64,000 nt of DNA from Terriglobia bacterium (GTDB lineage Bacteria > Acidobacteriota > Terriglobia > 20CM-2-55-15), in assembly GCA_965198225.1 (NCBI GenBank), contig CBDAOY010000004.1, positions 160,001 through 224,000 on the forward strand, read 5' to 3'. The position numbers were made by a program, and so were the translations under genes. Under the pieces are notes generated by a model. That model was not told the origin of the DNA. It did no database searches and saw only the letters and a program-made list of their open reading frames with translations. Below, piece after piece: positions 30,655 to 41,900 of the stretch (positions within the stretch are counted from its first letter, which is position 1; every line of letters starts with the position of its first letter).

Positions 30655-32091
30655 TTACCGGATCCCGACGATCCCTTTGACCGACTCGTACAGCGCTCTG
30701 GAATCCCAGCCCACACCGTGCCGGAACACGATCCGGGTGTCGCGGATGTGGCCGGCCTGCTCCACGTCGCCTTCGATCACGACCAGGTCTGCGACCTTGC
30801 CGGTTTCGATCGTGCCGACATCACTGTCGATGCCGAGGACTTTGGCTCCGTTCGCGCTCATGATCTGCACGACTTCGGGAGGGGTGAATCCCGCTTCGAG
30901 CAGGAGTTCGTAGTTGCGCTGATCGCCGAGACCCGGGGGCGCGGCGCCATACCCGGTCGGGTCCACACCTGCTGCCAGGAGGCCACCGGCCTTCACGAAG
31001 GCATACTCGTACTCCATCGCCTTCTTGAGCGTGGCCGGATTGAGTCCCCTGCTCGAGTTGGGATCCGCGCCGCGGCGCTGCTCGGAGATCTCCCGTACCT
31101 CGGCCGCGATCTCTGGGGCCAGAACTTCGAAGACTCGCTCGTCGATCGGTTCGCGGCCGGGGACCGAGATCTCGTAGACAACGAGAGTCGATGTCATCGA
31201 CACGTCGTTTTCGATCATGTCGCGGAATGTGGCCTGGACCTGCTCGGAGTTGATGTCGAGATCCGCATAGGCGGCGCGGAAGTTCTGTGGACAATCGTCC
31301 GGCTGCTTGTCGGGTGCGTACTCGCTGTTGGCGAACAGGCCGTGCTCGAGGTTGTCGATCCCCAGGGCCACCGCCTCGCGGTAACCGATCGAGCACAGGT
31401 GTGCGGTCACCTTGACGCCGTTGGTGTGCGCAGCCTCGATCGCCGCGGCCAACTCCGCCCGGGATATCCACGTGTAGGCCTTGAACCAGCTGACGCCCTC
31501 CTCGGCCCAGTATTGAACTACGCGCCGGGCCTGTTCAGGACCTTCCAGGCGCGTCATCGTCGGCGAGCCCTGTTCGCCCGTCAGGTACGGCCCGGTCGTG
31601 AACATGGTCGGTCCGATCACCTGACCGGCTTCGATGTCGCGCTTGAGATTGAGTTCCTCGTAGGGCGCGCGCGCACCGGTGGTCCGGATGGTCGTGACGC
31701 CGGAAGCAAGGTAAAGTCGGGAGCCCGAGAACGACAATTGCGCCGCCCGGCCCCGTCCGCCGGTGTAATAGCTGTGGTTGTGCAGACCGACGAGCCCCGG
31801 GATGATGGTGTGGCCTCGGAGGTCGTGTACCTCCGCCCCGCCGGGAACCCTCACCTCCCCCGTCCCTCCGACGGCCGTGATACGGTCCCCTTCGATGACG
31901 ATCGTCTGAGTGTCCCGGGCGGGGGCTCCGGTGCCATCCAGTAGCTTGACGTTCGTTAGTGCCACCGTTGGCGCCTCCACGGCGACGAACTGCTCGAACT
32001 GCTCCGGTCTCTGAGCTTCTGCCGCGAAGGGCGAACCCAGAAAGGCCACCATCGCTGTCAGCAGAAAAACCTGATAAACGCGTATCGTCAT
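30655..32091 (-). CDS. Secreted amidohydrolase family protein
   Basis: PGLVGLHNH, GVTTIR, VTAH, LEHG, GTIETGKVADLV; ATGA overlap with the oxidase gene. Confidence 0.88.
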   Translation of the reverse strand: MTIRVYQVFLLTAMVAFLGSPFAAEAQRPEQFEQFVAVEAPTVALTNVKLLDGTGAPARDTQTIVIEGDRITAVGGTGEVRVPGGAEVHDLRGHTIIPGLVGLHNHSYYTGGRGRAAQLSFSGSRLYLASGVTTIRTTGARAPYEELNLKRDIEAGQVIGPTMFTTGPYLTGEQGSPTMTRLEGPEQARRVVQYWAEEGVSWFKAYTWISRAELAAAIEAAHTNGVKVTAHLCSIGYREAVALGIDNLEHGLFANSEYAPDKQPDDCPQNFRAAYADLDINSEQVQATFRDMIENDVSMTSTLVVYEISVPGREPIDERVFEVLAPEIAAEVREISEQRRGADPNSSRGLNPATLKKAMEYEYAFVKAGGLLAAGVDPTGYGAAPPGLGDQRNYELLLEAGFTPPEVVQIMSANGAKVLGIDSDVGTIETGKVADLVVIEGDVEQAGHIRDTRIVFRHGVGWDSRALYESVKGIVGIR

Positions 32092-34487
32092 TGTCCTTCG
32101 ACCTCCATCACGAATTTCATGCCAGATTCGAGGTGTTCCGCGATATGGCAATGGATCATCCAGCGACCCGGGTTCGACAGCTCGAGCAGGATGTCCGTCG
32201 TCGAGCCTGTGGGCAACAATACTGTATCCTTCCAGACCAGGTTGTTGTCAGCAACGCCGTTCTGCTCAAGGACCAGGAAGCGTTGGCCATGGATATGCAG
32301 CGGGTGTTGCATGGCGTGAAACGCGTCCCGGTCGTTTACGATGCGAATCTTGACGACATCGCCGACGCGAAAGCGCCAGTCGATGTCCATGTTCTCCTTG
32401 CCTGTAGCGGGATCGCGCAGGATCCACTCGACCTCCTCCCCACTCGACGCCCAGTTCATCATCGGCATCGTTCCTGTCCACTCGACGGGGTTGAAATAGA
32501 CCCAGTCGTAGGCCATGGACTGTTCGACGGGAAGGGGAAGGTCCTTGACCTCGAGCGATAGCACCAGCTCGTGGTCCAGGGGCTTGTCGAACAGGTGACG
32601 GTAGTTGTCGATCTCAGCGACGACAGCGTCGTGCTCGCGAACGCTCGCGAAGGCATCGGAGTAGTCCGGCTCGGCTGCGCCCTCAGACACCCGCACCCTG
32701 CCCATCGCCCTCAGCTCCGGCAGGAAGACACCCTGGCGATGGTTGATGCCCTGAACATGGTTGACCATGCGGTACACGCCCGACTCCGGGAACTGGACCT
32801 CCACCACGTAGCGCTCTGCCGGAGCCAACACCGCGTTTCGGGCGATGGCCTCGCGCTCGAAGCGCCCCACGTCGGACCCGACGACCTTCATGGACAGGAT
32901 CTCGTCAGGCACCGCCGCGTCGCGCGGTGACCCCACCGCATCCCCACGCCGGAACGAAAGGTTGAATGTGCGCGTGCTCGATGCATTCGTCAGGAAGAAC
33001 CGAACCACTTCGCCTCGATCGACTTCGAGCTCATAGTCAGGCTCTCCGTTCACGAGGAACACGTTGCCGAAGCGGCCCATCAACATGTAGTTGGCCGACT
33101 CGTCCCCGAATGGCACGATGCCGGCGTCGGACAGCAGAAGGTCGTCGAGCATCAAGACCTCCTCGCGATTCACCTCGTTGTAGTAGTTCTCGGGAAGCGG
33201 ATCGACCAGCATGTTGCCGTAGAGTCCCATCTCCTGCTGGACATCCTCGCGGTGGTGCGGGTGGTACCAGTAAATGCCCGCGTCGCGGAAGTAAATCCGG
33301 TATTGAAACGTTTCGCCAGGTTGCACGGGGTCCTGGGTGACGCCGGGAACACCGTCGAAGCGGTTGTCGAGACGCACACCGTGCCAGTGGACGGCGGTCG
33401 GCAGCGGTGTCCGATTCGTGAAGTTCACGAAGATCGTCGACTTCTCGGGCACCTTGATCAGTGGGCCGGGGTGTTGACGATTGAACGCCATCATGATCAC
33501 GGTGCGGCCCCGGATCTGGCGACGTACGAATCCGGCCTCCAGATCGAGCGTGCCGCCGTCGGGAAGCTCGACCAGCTCTCGCGGGCCGACGGCGGGCAGA
33601 TCGGCTGCATCAACGGGCGCCGGTAGCAGAGGGGAGACCCGGGGGGAGAGGCCCATCATCCCCGGAAGCATGCGGACCCCGGCGTAGGAAGGGGGCATCA
33701 TCCAGGCATTCCCGTCCATCGCGTGCATGTCGTGGCCGCCGGTGGGGGGCGCCTGCGCAGCGGAAGGCGCCTGTGCCAACATATCGTGCGCCTCCATTAA
33801 GCTGGAGGGCGAGCGGCCGCGCAGCACCAACCTGCCATTACGATCCGAAACGTCGGCTGACGCCTCGGCGCTGATCATGATCAGGAATTTGTTGAGCGCG
33901 ACGTTGCCAAGCGGGTTGGCGCCGTTCGACACTTCGCCGAGCTGGATGAGTTGGTCGAAGACCGGTGTGGTGGCCCAGGCCACGAAGGCGCTGTAAGGGC
34001 CGAGTGACGTGACGTCGGGCAGGCCCTCGATCCAGGCGGTCAGCGCGTACTCGTGGTGTCCTTCCGGTGTGACCGCTACACCAAAGGGCGAGGGTACACG
34101 CCCCATCTCCACCACGCCCTGCGCATCGCCGCCCGCGGCGGTCGAAAAGAGATCCACGCAGTAGAGATCAGACGCCGGTCTTGCGAACGGATTGGCGGTT
34201 CGACTGGGAGTGCTGCCGACCCGAGATCCAGCCGCGCGGTCGGCGCAGAGACCCGACACGCCCGCAACCTGCCCGCCGCCGGTCCATGCGCCGATGGCCA
34301 ACGCCAGGAAGCCCGCCAGCGTCGCCAAACCGACGCCGGCCGTGCGTACATAGAAACCGGCTGAACTCCGCGAGGTCCACGTCGATCGTCGCACGTTACT
34401 CTTCACTCCTGCCAATGGCCCCTCAAACGAGCTACCAGTCCCGAGCCCGATCCCGTCGTTTTGGTTTTCTTCCCGAACGAACGGCAA
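32088..34487 (-). CDS. Multicopper oxidase (CueO/FtsP-like) with extra N-terminal domain
   Basis: HWHG, YWYHPH, HPLHIHG, HCHIAEHLESGM; start codon uncertain. Confidence 0.9.
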   Translation of the reverse strand: MPFVREENQNDGIGLGTGSSFEGPLAGVKSNVRRSTWTSRSSAGFYVRTAGVGLATLAGFLALAIGAWTGGGQVAGVSGLCADRAAGSRVGSTPSRTANPFARPASDLYCVDLFSTAAGGDAQGVVEMGRVPSPFGVAVTPEGHHEYALTAWIEGLPDVTSLGPYSAFVAWATTPVFDQLIQLGEVSNGANPLGNVALNKFLIMISAEASADVSDRNGRLVLRGRSPSSLMEAHDMLAQAPSAAQAPPTGGHDMHAMDGNAWMMPPSYAGVRMLPGMMGLSPRVSPLLPAPVDAADLPAVGPRELVELPDGGTLDLEAGFVRRQIRGRTVIMMAFNRQHPGPLIKVPEKSTIFVNFTNRTPLPTAVHWHGVRLDNRFDGVPGVTQDPVQPGETFQYRIYFRDAGIYWYHPHHREDVQQEMGLYGNMLVDPLPENYYNEVNREEVLMLDDLLLSDAGIVPFGDESANYMLMGRFGNVFLVNGEPDYELEVDRGEVVRFFLTNASSTRTFNLSFRRGDAVGSPRDAAVPDEILSMKVVGSDVGRFEREAIARNAVLAPAERYVVEVQFPESGVYRMVNHVQGINHRQGVFLPELRAMGRVRVSEGAAEPDYSDAFASVREHDAVVAEIDNYRHLFDKPLDHELVLSLEVKDLPLPVEQSMAYDWVYFNPVEWTGTMPMMNWASSGEEVEWILRDPATGKENMDIDWRFRVGDVVKIRIVNDRDAFHAMQHPLHIHGQRFLVLEQNGVADNNLVWKDTVLLPTGSTTDILLELSNPGRWMIHCHIAEHLESGMKFVMEVEGQ

Positions 34488-34593
34488 AAAGTTGAGAAAA
34501 GTCTATAGAACCGGCCCCTTGGAGGCAATCAATCAAGTGAAGGTCCGTTCGTCACACGAAAGCGATAGGCACTTCCGGTTTGGCAGGCGTCGT

Positions 34594-34623
34594 TGGCCGA
34601 ATCGGTCAGGATAGCGCTCAGAC
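34594..34623 (+). repeat. 30-bp exact direct repeat, copy 2
   Basis: Identical to 17018..17047. Confidence 0.8.
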
Positions 34624-34786
34624 CGCTTCTCTCAGCAATCAGCTGTGTTCGTAGGGATTAGCACCCAGTCAAGGCGGATGTCGGTAGTGCCCAAGTAAAC
34701 TTGAGCACTACCCGGATGTCGCCGAGTGGGCGCGATTGCGCCGTCTGTGTTACAACGAGATTCCCTGAAAGGAGTTTAGACAAGAT

Positions 34787-35234
34787 ATGAATCTGCCAGA
34801 CGCACCGATTCCTCACGATGGTTTCTTCGTCACCCACTTCCTGACGGTCAAAGACCAGATCAGATCCCGAGAGTTTTACGCGGGGGTGTTGGGGAGGAAA
34901 AGTCATCGCTCCGGAGAGCCCCTGCATCATCAAGCTGGCCAACTCTTGGATCGTCCTCAACGTGGGTGGTGGTCCCACGCCAGATAAGCCGGGAGTATTC
35001 CTCGAACCGCCACGGGATCCGAACCAAGTCAGCAGTTTCTTGAATCTGAGAGTTGCTGACATTCGCGCATACTACACACAATGGAAGGCCAAGGGAGCAC
35101 ACTTCCTGACGGAGCCGCTCGACAATCATGGGTGGGAAACAAGATGTTACATGCAGGACCCAGACGGTTACATCATCGAAGTCGGACAGCCAAGTCAGAA
35201 GATGATTGATCTTCTTGAACAACACGCGGGCTAG
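34787..35234 (+). pseudogene. VOC/glyoxalase family protein, frameshifted
   Basis: THFLTVKD..SREFYAGVLG joins GKVI..CIIKLANSW..LNLRVADI..DPDGYIIEV if one G is removed near 34891-34894. Confidence 0.82.
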
Positions 35235-35335
35235 AACAGCATGCTTTAGGTCTGGCTGGCCGCCAGCCCAATCGTGGGGTGAACCGTTCTTAACGGCGGC
35301 GCCTGGGCGGCCGGGGCGTTGGTGCGGAAACTGAG

Positions 35336-35848
35336 ATGACGAAAGTTGCGGAGGTGATCCTGCTTGGACTGTTGGCCCAATCGGTGTCGACTTCTCCTCA
35401 GGCAGCTTTCCTGACCGGCGTCAGCATAGAGGTGCCGGCTCGTCTATACGTCGAAAGGAACGGCAATGCGCTGGCAGTTTCGGTGACGCAGCGCGGATAC
35501 GTTTCTCTCGCTGAGGTTCTCGCGACCCCGCTGGGGGAAGTCAATGGCTATCCGGATCGCTGGAGGGACTTGACAGGTTATTTGGGGTTTATCGGTCAGA
35601 CGCCGAAGATTCGCCAGGTCAGCGGGCGCGAGTTTGGTGTGCTCGAAGGAGAGATCGACGCCACGTACATCTACATCTCGCGAGCCTGCTTCGTACAAGC
35701 CACGTTCATGACCGGTGGGCTGGCATCAGACTACCGTGACGCGGTGCTGACCATGGCTGAGTCTCTTCGACTGGAACTTCGCCTGCGTCCGTCCGACGAC
35801 ACAGCGGGTCCATGCCCTGCACCACACAACAGGCAGGCGGAGCGGTAG
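35336..35848 (+). CDS. Hypothetical protein
   Basis: 170-aa ORF with hydrophobic N-terminus, co-oriented with its neighbours. Confidence 0.5.
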   Translation: MTKVAEVILLGLLAQSVSTSPQAAFLTGVSIEVPARLYVERNGNALAVSVTQRGYVSLAEVLATPLGEVNGYPDRWRDLTGYLGFIGQTPKIRQVSGREFGVLEGEIDATYIYISRACFVQATFMTGGLASDYRDAVLTMAESLRLELRLRPSDDTAGPCPAPHNRQAER

Positions 35849-35887
35849 GAGAGACTCGGTGCAACTTTGGTAAGGAGGGGAGACACG

Positions 35888-36274
35888 ATGACGAGTTCGA
35901 GACTGCTGGAAGTAGACAGCGTGGGCAATGTACTGCTGGGTCTGCCGCTGCTGCTGGCCCCCGAGTTTGTGTCCGAGTTCCTGGGGCTTCCCATGGATGG
36001 CGCAGCCTTCTATCCAGCGATTCTCGGCGCTGTATTTGTCGGGATTGGCGTAGCGTTGCTGCTGGAGAGATTCAGACCGTCGGCTGGCGGTCTCGGGCTT
36101 GGCGGCGCGATGAGCATCAATCTGATTTTTGGCGTGGTGCTCGCCGGATGGCTCGTCTTGTCAGGGGCGGATCTTCGGCCTCGAGGGGTGTTCTTGTTAT
36201 CGGTACTCGCTGTGATTCTCGTTGGGATCAGCATGGTCGAGGCGTTCTCGCTATCGCGGGATAAGAGCGCCTAG
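35888..36274 (+). CDS. Hypothetical 4-TM membrane protein
   Basis: Purine-rich SD; four hydrophobic helices, FYPAILGAV. Confidence 0.7.
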   Translation: MTSSRLLEVDSVGNVLLGLPLLLAPEFVSEFLGLPMDGAAFYPAILGAVFVGIGVALLLERFRPSAGGLGLGGAMSINLIFGVVLAGWLVLSGADLRPRGVFLLSVLAVILVGISMVEAFSLSRDKSA

Positions 36275-36316
36275 CCAGGTACCGCTGATCGCCATCACTG
36301 AGCCTGAAATCAAGAG

Positions 36317-36784
36317 ATGCCTGATAAGGTCGGCGCCGTCGAGGCGGCACTCGGAATGACTGATGTTCAGAAAGCTGATCCTGCGGCGCGACGGCACGCC
36401 GTACAGTTTGTTGTCGTCGGGGCGATACTGGGAGCTCTGCTCATTGTCGGCTTAGAACGCTACCGTGCGCTTCTGCTCGAGTGGTTTCAGTCCGAGCCCG
36501 AACTATTGACGCATCGACTGACCCTCGTCTTCATTTTTACCACTGTTGTCGGGTCAGCGCCGCTATTCGCCTTCGCCATCTATCTTTGGTCGCTCGGCAG
36601 CAGGGTGACGCGCGTGCAGCGCTTTCCGCTGCCGGAGCAGCGGGTGGTTCGAGACACCCGGATCGTTGAGGGCGAGGCGGCAAAAGCCCGCGGGCGTGGC
36701 CTCCAGGTTCTGGCGATCTCTCTGGGCGTGGCCGGCGTGATGTTGTCCTACCTGTTTTGGCGGCTTGTCTCGGCGATCGGTTGA
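36317..36784 (+). CDS. Hypothetical membrane protein
   Basis: Three TM segments; RFPLPEQRVVRDT; start may be the ATG at 36356. Confidence 0.65.
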   Translation: MPDKVGAVEAALGMTDVQKADPAARRHAVQFVVVGAILGALLIVGLERYRALLLEWFQSEPELLTHRLTLVFIFTTVVGSAPLFAFAIYLWSLGSRVTRVQRFPLPEQRVVRDTRIVEGEAAKARGRGLQVLAISLGVAGVMLSYLFWRLVSAIG

Positions 36785-36835
36785 CGCCATCCTGTGAGGC
36801 TGAAAGGGTTGTGGAAAAACCGCTTTGCCCGGAAA

Positions 36836-36864
36836 TTGACAGGCCGTCCAGCCGAGCATAGGAT
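36836..36864 (+). promoter_or_regulatory. Putative sigma70 promoter
   Basis: TTGACA-N17-TAGGAT upstream of 36918. Confidence 0.65.
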
Positions 36865-36917
36865 GGCTGCAAAGTCGATCACACTCCACAATTGAAGACT
36901 CATCCCGAAGGAGGGCA

Positions 36918-38039
36918 ATGATGCGCGGAACGATTTTATCAGTGGTTTTGTTGTGGGCTCTCACTCCCGCAGTCGCTGCCCGTGCACAGACCCGGGCGAC
37001 GGATACCCTGGACATTTATCTGATCGACGTGGAGGGCGGCAACGCCACGCTCTTCGTTTCGCCATCGGGCGAGTCCCTGCTGATGGATACGGGAAACGGA
37101 GGCGCGCGGGCCGCTCGTGACGCTGGCCGCATCCTGGACGCCGTTCGAGACGCCGGCCTTCAGCAGATCGACCACCTGATCACCACTCACTGGCACGGCG
37201 ATCATTTCGGCGCAATGGCCGAACTTGCGGACCGGATACCGATCCGGAATTTCATCGATCATGGTCCCAGCGTTCAATCCAGCCCAAACACGGACACGTT
37301 CCTCGAGACGACATATCCAGGACTCCATCGCGAAGCAAGTCACACGGTCGTGAAGCCGGGCGACAAGATCCCGGTCGAAGGAGTCGATATCACGATACTC
37401 GCTTCGGCCGGCGAGGTTGTCGATGACCCGCTTCCGGGCATGGGCCGGCCGAATCCGTATTGCGCCGGCTTCACACCTCAGGCTCCGGACGAGGGCGAAA
37501 ACGCCCAGTCTGTCGGAATCTTCGTCGGGTTCCAGCAGTTTCGGGCCCTCCATCTGGGCGATCTCACGGTGAACAAGGAATTCGACCTGATGTGTCCCGA
37601 CAACCCTATCGGCACCGTGGACCTGTTCGTCGTTGCACACCACGGGCAGCCGACCTCGAATGCAGAGGTGCTCGCTCACGCGATCCAGCCCCGCGTCGCG
37701 ATCCTGAACAACGGTACGCGCAAAGGCGGGCAGCCGGAGGCGATGAAGATTCTTTATTCGGCCCCCGGTCTCCAGGACCTGTGGCAGCTCCACTTTTCGC
37801 TCTTGAGCGGACAGGAATACACCGTGCCTGGCATCTTCATCGCCAACGGCATCGACGAAGAGCAGCCGGCTATGCCCGTGACGCCGATGCCGCAACCGCG
37901 CCGCGGATCGGGCGCTCCGCCCCCGCCGGTTCACGATGGGCCCGCGAACTGGATCAAGGTGTCCGCCCGAGAGAATGGTTCTTTCACCGTCACGAACAGC
38001 CGGAACGGTTTCAGCAAGGTGTACCGGGTGGAACGATAG
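36918..38039 (+). CDS. Secreted ComEC/Rec2-like MBL-fold hydrolase
   Basis: IDVEGGNATL, THWHGDHFG, ENAQS, LGDL, HHG. Confidence 0.85.
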   Translation: MMRGTILSVVLLWALTPAVAARAQTRATDTLDIYLIDVEGGNATLFVSPSGESLLMDTGNGGARAARDAGRILDAVRDAGLQQIDHLITTHWHGDHFGAMAELADRIPIRNFIDHGPSVQSSPNTDTFLETTYPGLHREASHTVVKPGDKIPVEGVDITILASAGEVVDDPLPGMGRPNPYCAGFTPQAPDEGENAQSVGIFVGFQQFRALHLGDLTVNKEFDLMCPDNPIGTVDLFVVAHHGQPTSNAEVLAHAIQPRVAILNNGTRKGGQPEAMKILYSAPGLQDLWQLHFSLLSGQEYTVPGIFIANGIDEEQPAMPVTPMPQPRRGSGAPPPPVHDGPANWIKVSARENGSFTVTNSRNGFSKVYRVER

Positions 38040-38085
38040 ATCAGTACCGCCCGGGAAGCTGCTTTCCACAGGAATGTGTGAACCA

Positions 38086-38156
38086 GGTGTAGGTGCGGTC
38101 TATGACCGCACATCTTTCGAACCGCAACAACGTGCGTTCATAGAGCGCACCTACAC
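38086..38156 (+). repeat. GTAG-REP doublet locus 4
   Basis: Same inverted REP pair with a variant linker; between convergent genes. Confidence 0.9.
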
Positions 38157-38186
38157 GCGAGCTTGAAGTTTCGCTGTCCACGGGAG

Positions 38187-38876
38187 CTAGGAAATAATTC
38201 GGCTCTTGAGCGTTTTGCTGACGGCCTCGGCCTTGGAGTGCACGTGGAGTTTGTCGTAGACCGTGCGGATGTAGTTGCGGACGGTATTGATGCTGATATG
38301 GAGGTTATCGGCGATGGCTTGATAGCTGTAGCCATCCGCAAGGAAGCCGAGTAGACGCACTTCGTTGGGTGTGAGGTCTTTCGTGAATCCTGGAGGCGAA
38401 CCGGCCCTCCGAAACAGCGTCACCACCTTGCGCGCAACCTCCGGGGTCATAGGAGCTCCACCATCGTGTGCTTCGCGAATCGCCTCGAGGAGCTTTGCCG
38501 GGGGCGTTTTTTTCAGAAGGTAACCGCAGGCGCCGTTGCAGATCGACTCGAAGATCTTGTCGTCTTCGGCGAATACAGTAAGCATGAGGACTTGCATTTC
38601 CGGACACTCGTTGCGGAGCAGGCGAACTCCTTCCGATCCCCAGATCCCCGGTAGGTGGACATCCAGAAGCAGGACGTCGGGATCCTCTCCACCCAACGAG
38701 CGTCGAGCGTCCTCCACAGATGAGTAGGTCGCCACGCACTGATAGGGATCAGAGAGCGAGTCCCTCCCGCGTCAGCGTCCTCCACCGCCGGTCCCGTCGA
38801 TCAGGAGAGCGAGTCCCTCCCGCGTCGGGCGGTCATCTTCGACGATCGCCACTCTAATGTTTTCGTCCGATTCCAT
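38187..38876 (-). pseudogene. NarL/LuxR response regulator disrupted by a 39-nt insertion carrying TGA
   Basis: MESDENIRVAIVEDD start at 38876; LLDVHLPG, GYLLK, LuxR HTH; insertion at 38746-38784. Confidence 0.85.
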
Positions 38877-38941
38877 GAGTTTGAAGCTCAGGTCATCCTA
38901 CTTTGGTCGCCGTAAAAGTAAAAGCGCATGTTCATGCGCCC

Positions 38942-41900
38942 TTATTTAATCGAAAGCGTCAATGTCACCGATGTTCCTCGGCCGGGGCTGGAAGAGATCT
39001 TGAAATCCGCGTCCAGTTGCGCCGCCCTCGCCCGCATGTTTGCCAACCCGTGTCCGGGCTCCGCCGGCGGGTCGGACTGCCGCGTTTCGAATCCTCTTCC
39101 GTCGTCACGGATCTGGGCCTTGAGAGAGTCGCCCTCGACAGAGAACGCCAGTGACGCCGCGGTGCAATCGGCGTGCCGCGCGATGTTGTTGACAGCCTCC
39201 TTGAGGATCAGAAAGAGACCGCGGCGTTTCTCCGGATCGAGTCCCAACCCTGTCCAACTCGGCGCTCGTGTGAAACTCCCACTTGATCCCTCTGGATTCG
39301 AAGACGTCGGACGCGAACGCCCTCAGCCGCACGATCAGACTCTTGAGATCATCTCGCCGGGGGTCGATGGACCACACGATGTCACCCATCGAATCCACCA
39401 GGCCTCGGGCCGATTCGGCGATCTCGGTCAGCCGTTGTCGGGATTCGTGCTGCTGTTCCCCGATCTGTTGCTTGACGACCTCGCTGAGGATCACCATCCG
39501 GGAAAGATTCAACCCGATGTCGTCATGAAGGTCCGTCGCAATGCGCGTCCGCACCGCCTGGATTCCCAGCAGGCGCCGAACCTGGAAGCGATGCAGCGAG
39601 TAAATTGCCGTCCCGACGGCGAGTGCAGTCACGGCGAGAAACCACCAGCGCAGCCAGAAGGGCGGGAGAACGGTAAAAGCGACAGCAGCGGGTGACGGGC
39701 TGGAAATCCCCTCATCGTTGAGAGCCCGGGCCTGAAACCGGTAGGTTCCCGGCGAAAGGTTCGCGTAGCTTATCGAGCGCTGATCGGTCGGGGGACTCCA
39801 CTCGTCGTCGGCACCTTCCAGCATATACTCGTAGCGCACCCCCTTCGTCACTCCGAAACTGGCGCTGACCACTTCGATCTGAAGTCGACTCTGCTGCGGG
39901 GCGAGCTCAAACGCGGACGGGTTCGCTTCTCCAAGCTCGGACAAGGGCTGAGGGACGCCGTCGATTTGGATTCCACGGATCCACACAGGGGGCGGCGCAT
40001 CAGTGCGTTCCGGCCTCGGAATCCGCAGCGACAGTCCGTCGCGCATCCCGAACCATACCCGATCCGTTCGGTCCAAAAACGCTACTGTGACTTCGCTTCC
40101 GATCAAACCATCCGCGCGACTATAGTGCTTGAACTGCCCCGTGGACGGATCGAGACGATCGACTCCGCGGGCGGTACCGATGTAGGTCCGCCCGAACCGG
40201 TCCTCCGCGAGGCTGCGGGCATTGTTGCTGGAGAGTCCGTCGGCAACCGAAAAGTTCCGGAAGGATGGGTTCGGCCCGCCGGGATCGTCGATGCGAGCGG
40301 CCCCCGCCCCGCTGCTGGCGACCCAGAGACTGCCGTCGCGATCCCCGTAGAGACCCTGGATCATCCCGCCGGGCACGCCGTAAGACTCGTCGAACTGCTC
40401 GAAGCGGCCGTGCCGGTAGCGCGCCAGACCGCCGTTGTGCATGCCGAGCCACACCTGCCCGCTGGCATCTTCCGCAAAAATATTGCTCCAGTTGTTCGGG
40501 GGCAGACCGTGAGCTTCGGCATAACGATGAAACGTCCCCGTCGAGCGCTCCCAGCGCGTCAGCATCACGGGGGGGTTGTAGGAGCTGATCCAGATGTCGC
40601 CACGGGAGTCCTCGAAGAGGCGATTGACGTTGTTATCTGCGAGACCGTCCCGCGTCGTGTAGTGGGCGTGCGGCCGGGTGTCGGCCAGATCTTCGAGCCG
40701 GTCAACCCTCGGAAAGCGGTACAGCCCCTCGATCGTGGCGACCCACCATTCCCCGGCCCGGTCCTGGATGATCCACCAGCGCCCAAGACTCGAGTCGATG
40801 ACGCGCTGGGGCAGGTTCGGTTGAACCGGCGTGAAACCGTCGCCATCGAATCGATTGATGGACCAGTGTGACGTGATCGCGTAGAGCGCTCCGTCATGAC
40901 CTTCGAAGATGTGTATCGTCTCGGGGCTCGCGATGCCTTCGGTTCCGCCATAAGATACGAGCCCATCGCGCGCGATCTTCATCGCACCCCGGTCCGGCGT
41001 GCCGACCCAAAGGTCTCCACTTCGGTCCTCGGCCAGGGCGGTGATCTGATTGTCCAGCCCCTGCTTTGTGCTGTAAACGCGGAACCGCTCTCCGTCGAAC
41101 TCGACCACACCGCCGTTGCGAGTTCCCATCCACACGTGGCCGTCTCCGGACTCGTGCACGGCCTGAACCTCGTTGCCCGGCAGGCCATCCGCCCTCGTGT
41201 AGGCGGATGCCTCGCCCGGCGTCTGTGGGAGCAGTATCCCCTCTTTCCCGCTCGGTGAACGGCCGGATCGCGGACTGACTGGAAGATCTCGAACCTGGCC
41301 GTCGAAGAGCCGCGCTTCGGCTGCCGGGTCGGGTTTGAAGACGAACAGCCCCGACTGATGGGCAAACCACAACCGGCCCTCCCGGTCGATGATCATCGCC
41401 AGCACCAGGTCGTCCCCGCCAGCCGGCCGGAGCGCATAGTAAGTCACCTGGCCGGTCGGAAGCAGGCGCGCCACACCCCATAAGGTGGCCACCCAGAGGC
41501 TGCCTTCGTGGTCCTGGGCCACGGCCACAGCGATTGTGAGCTCCTCCGGACCTGGGGGAATGTTCAGCGCGACGCGCTGGAATGAGCCTCCGTCACGGTC
41601 CGTTGCCTTCAGACGGAACAGCCCGCCGTTGGTCGAAGCCCAGATGTTCCCGTCCCGATCCTCATAGACTCCATTGACGAGGCTCCCCGGCACCTCGTCC
41701 CCGATCGGATAAGTCTTGAACAGCACCTCGTTACTCTCCTCGCTTCGAGAGTCCCTATTCGCCGCCCGGCCTCCCTGAGGGCTGCCGCCTCGAGATTCGG
41801 GACGGAATCGGACGACGCCACCTCCCTGCGTCGCTATCCAGTAAGTCCCGTCGCGACTCTCTACCAGGTGGCTCACTGTAGCGACGGGCAGCCCATCGCG

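Noticed and set aside
34787-36784. Integron cassette array of small co-oriented ORFs
   Set aside because: No convincing RYYYAAC...GTTRRRY attC pairs and no intI in the window.
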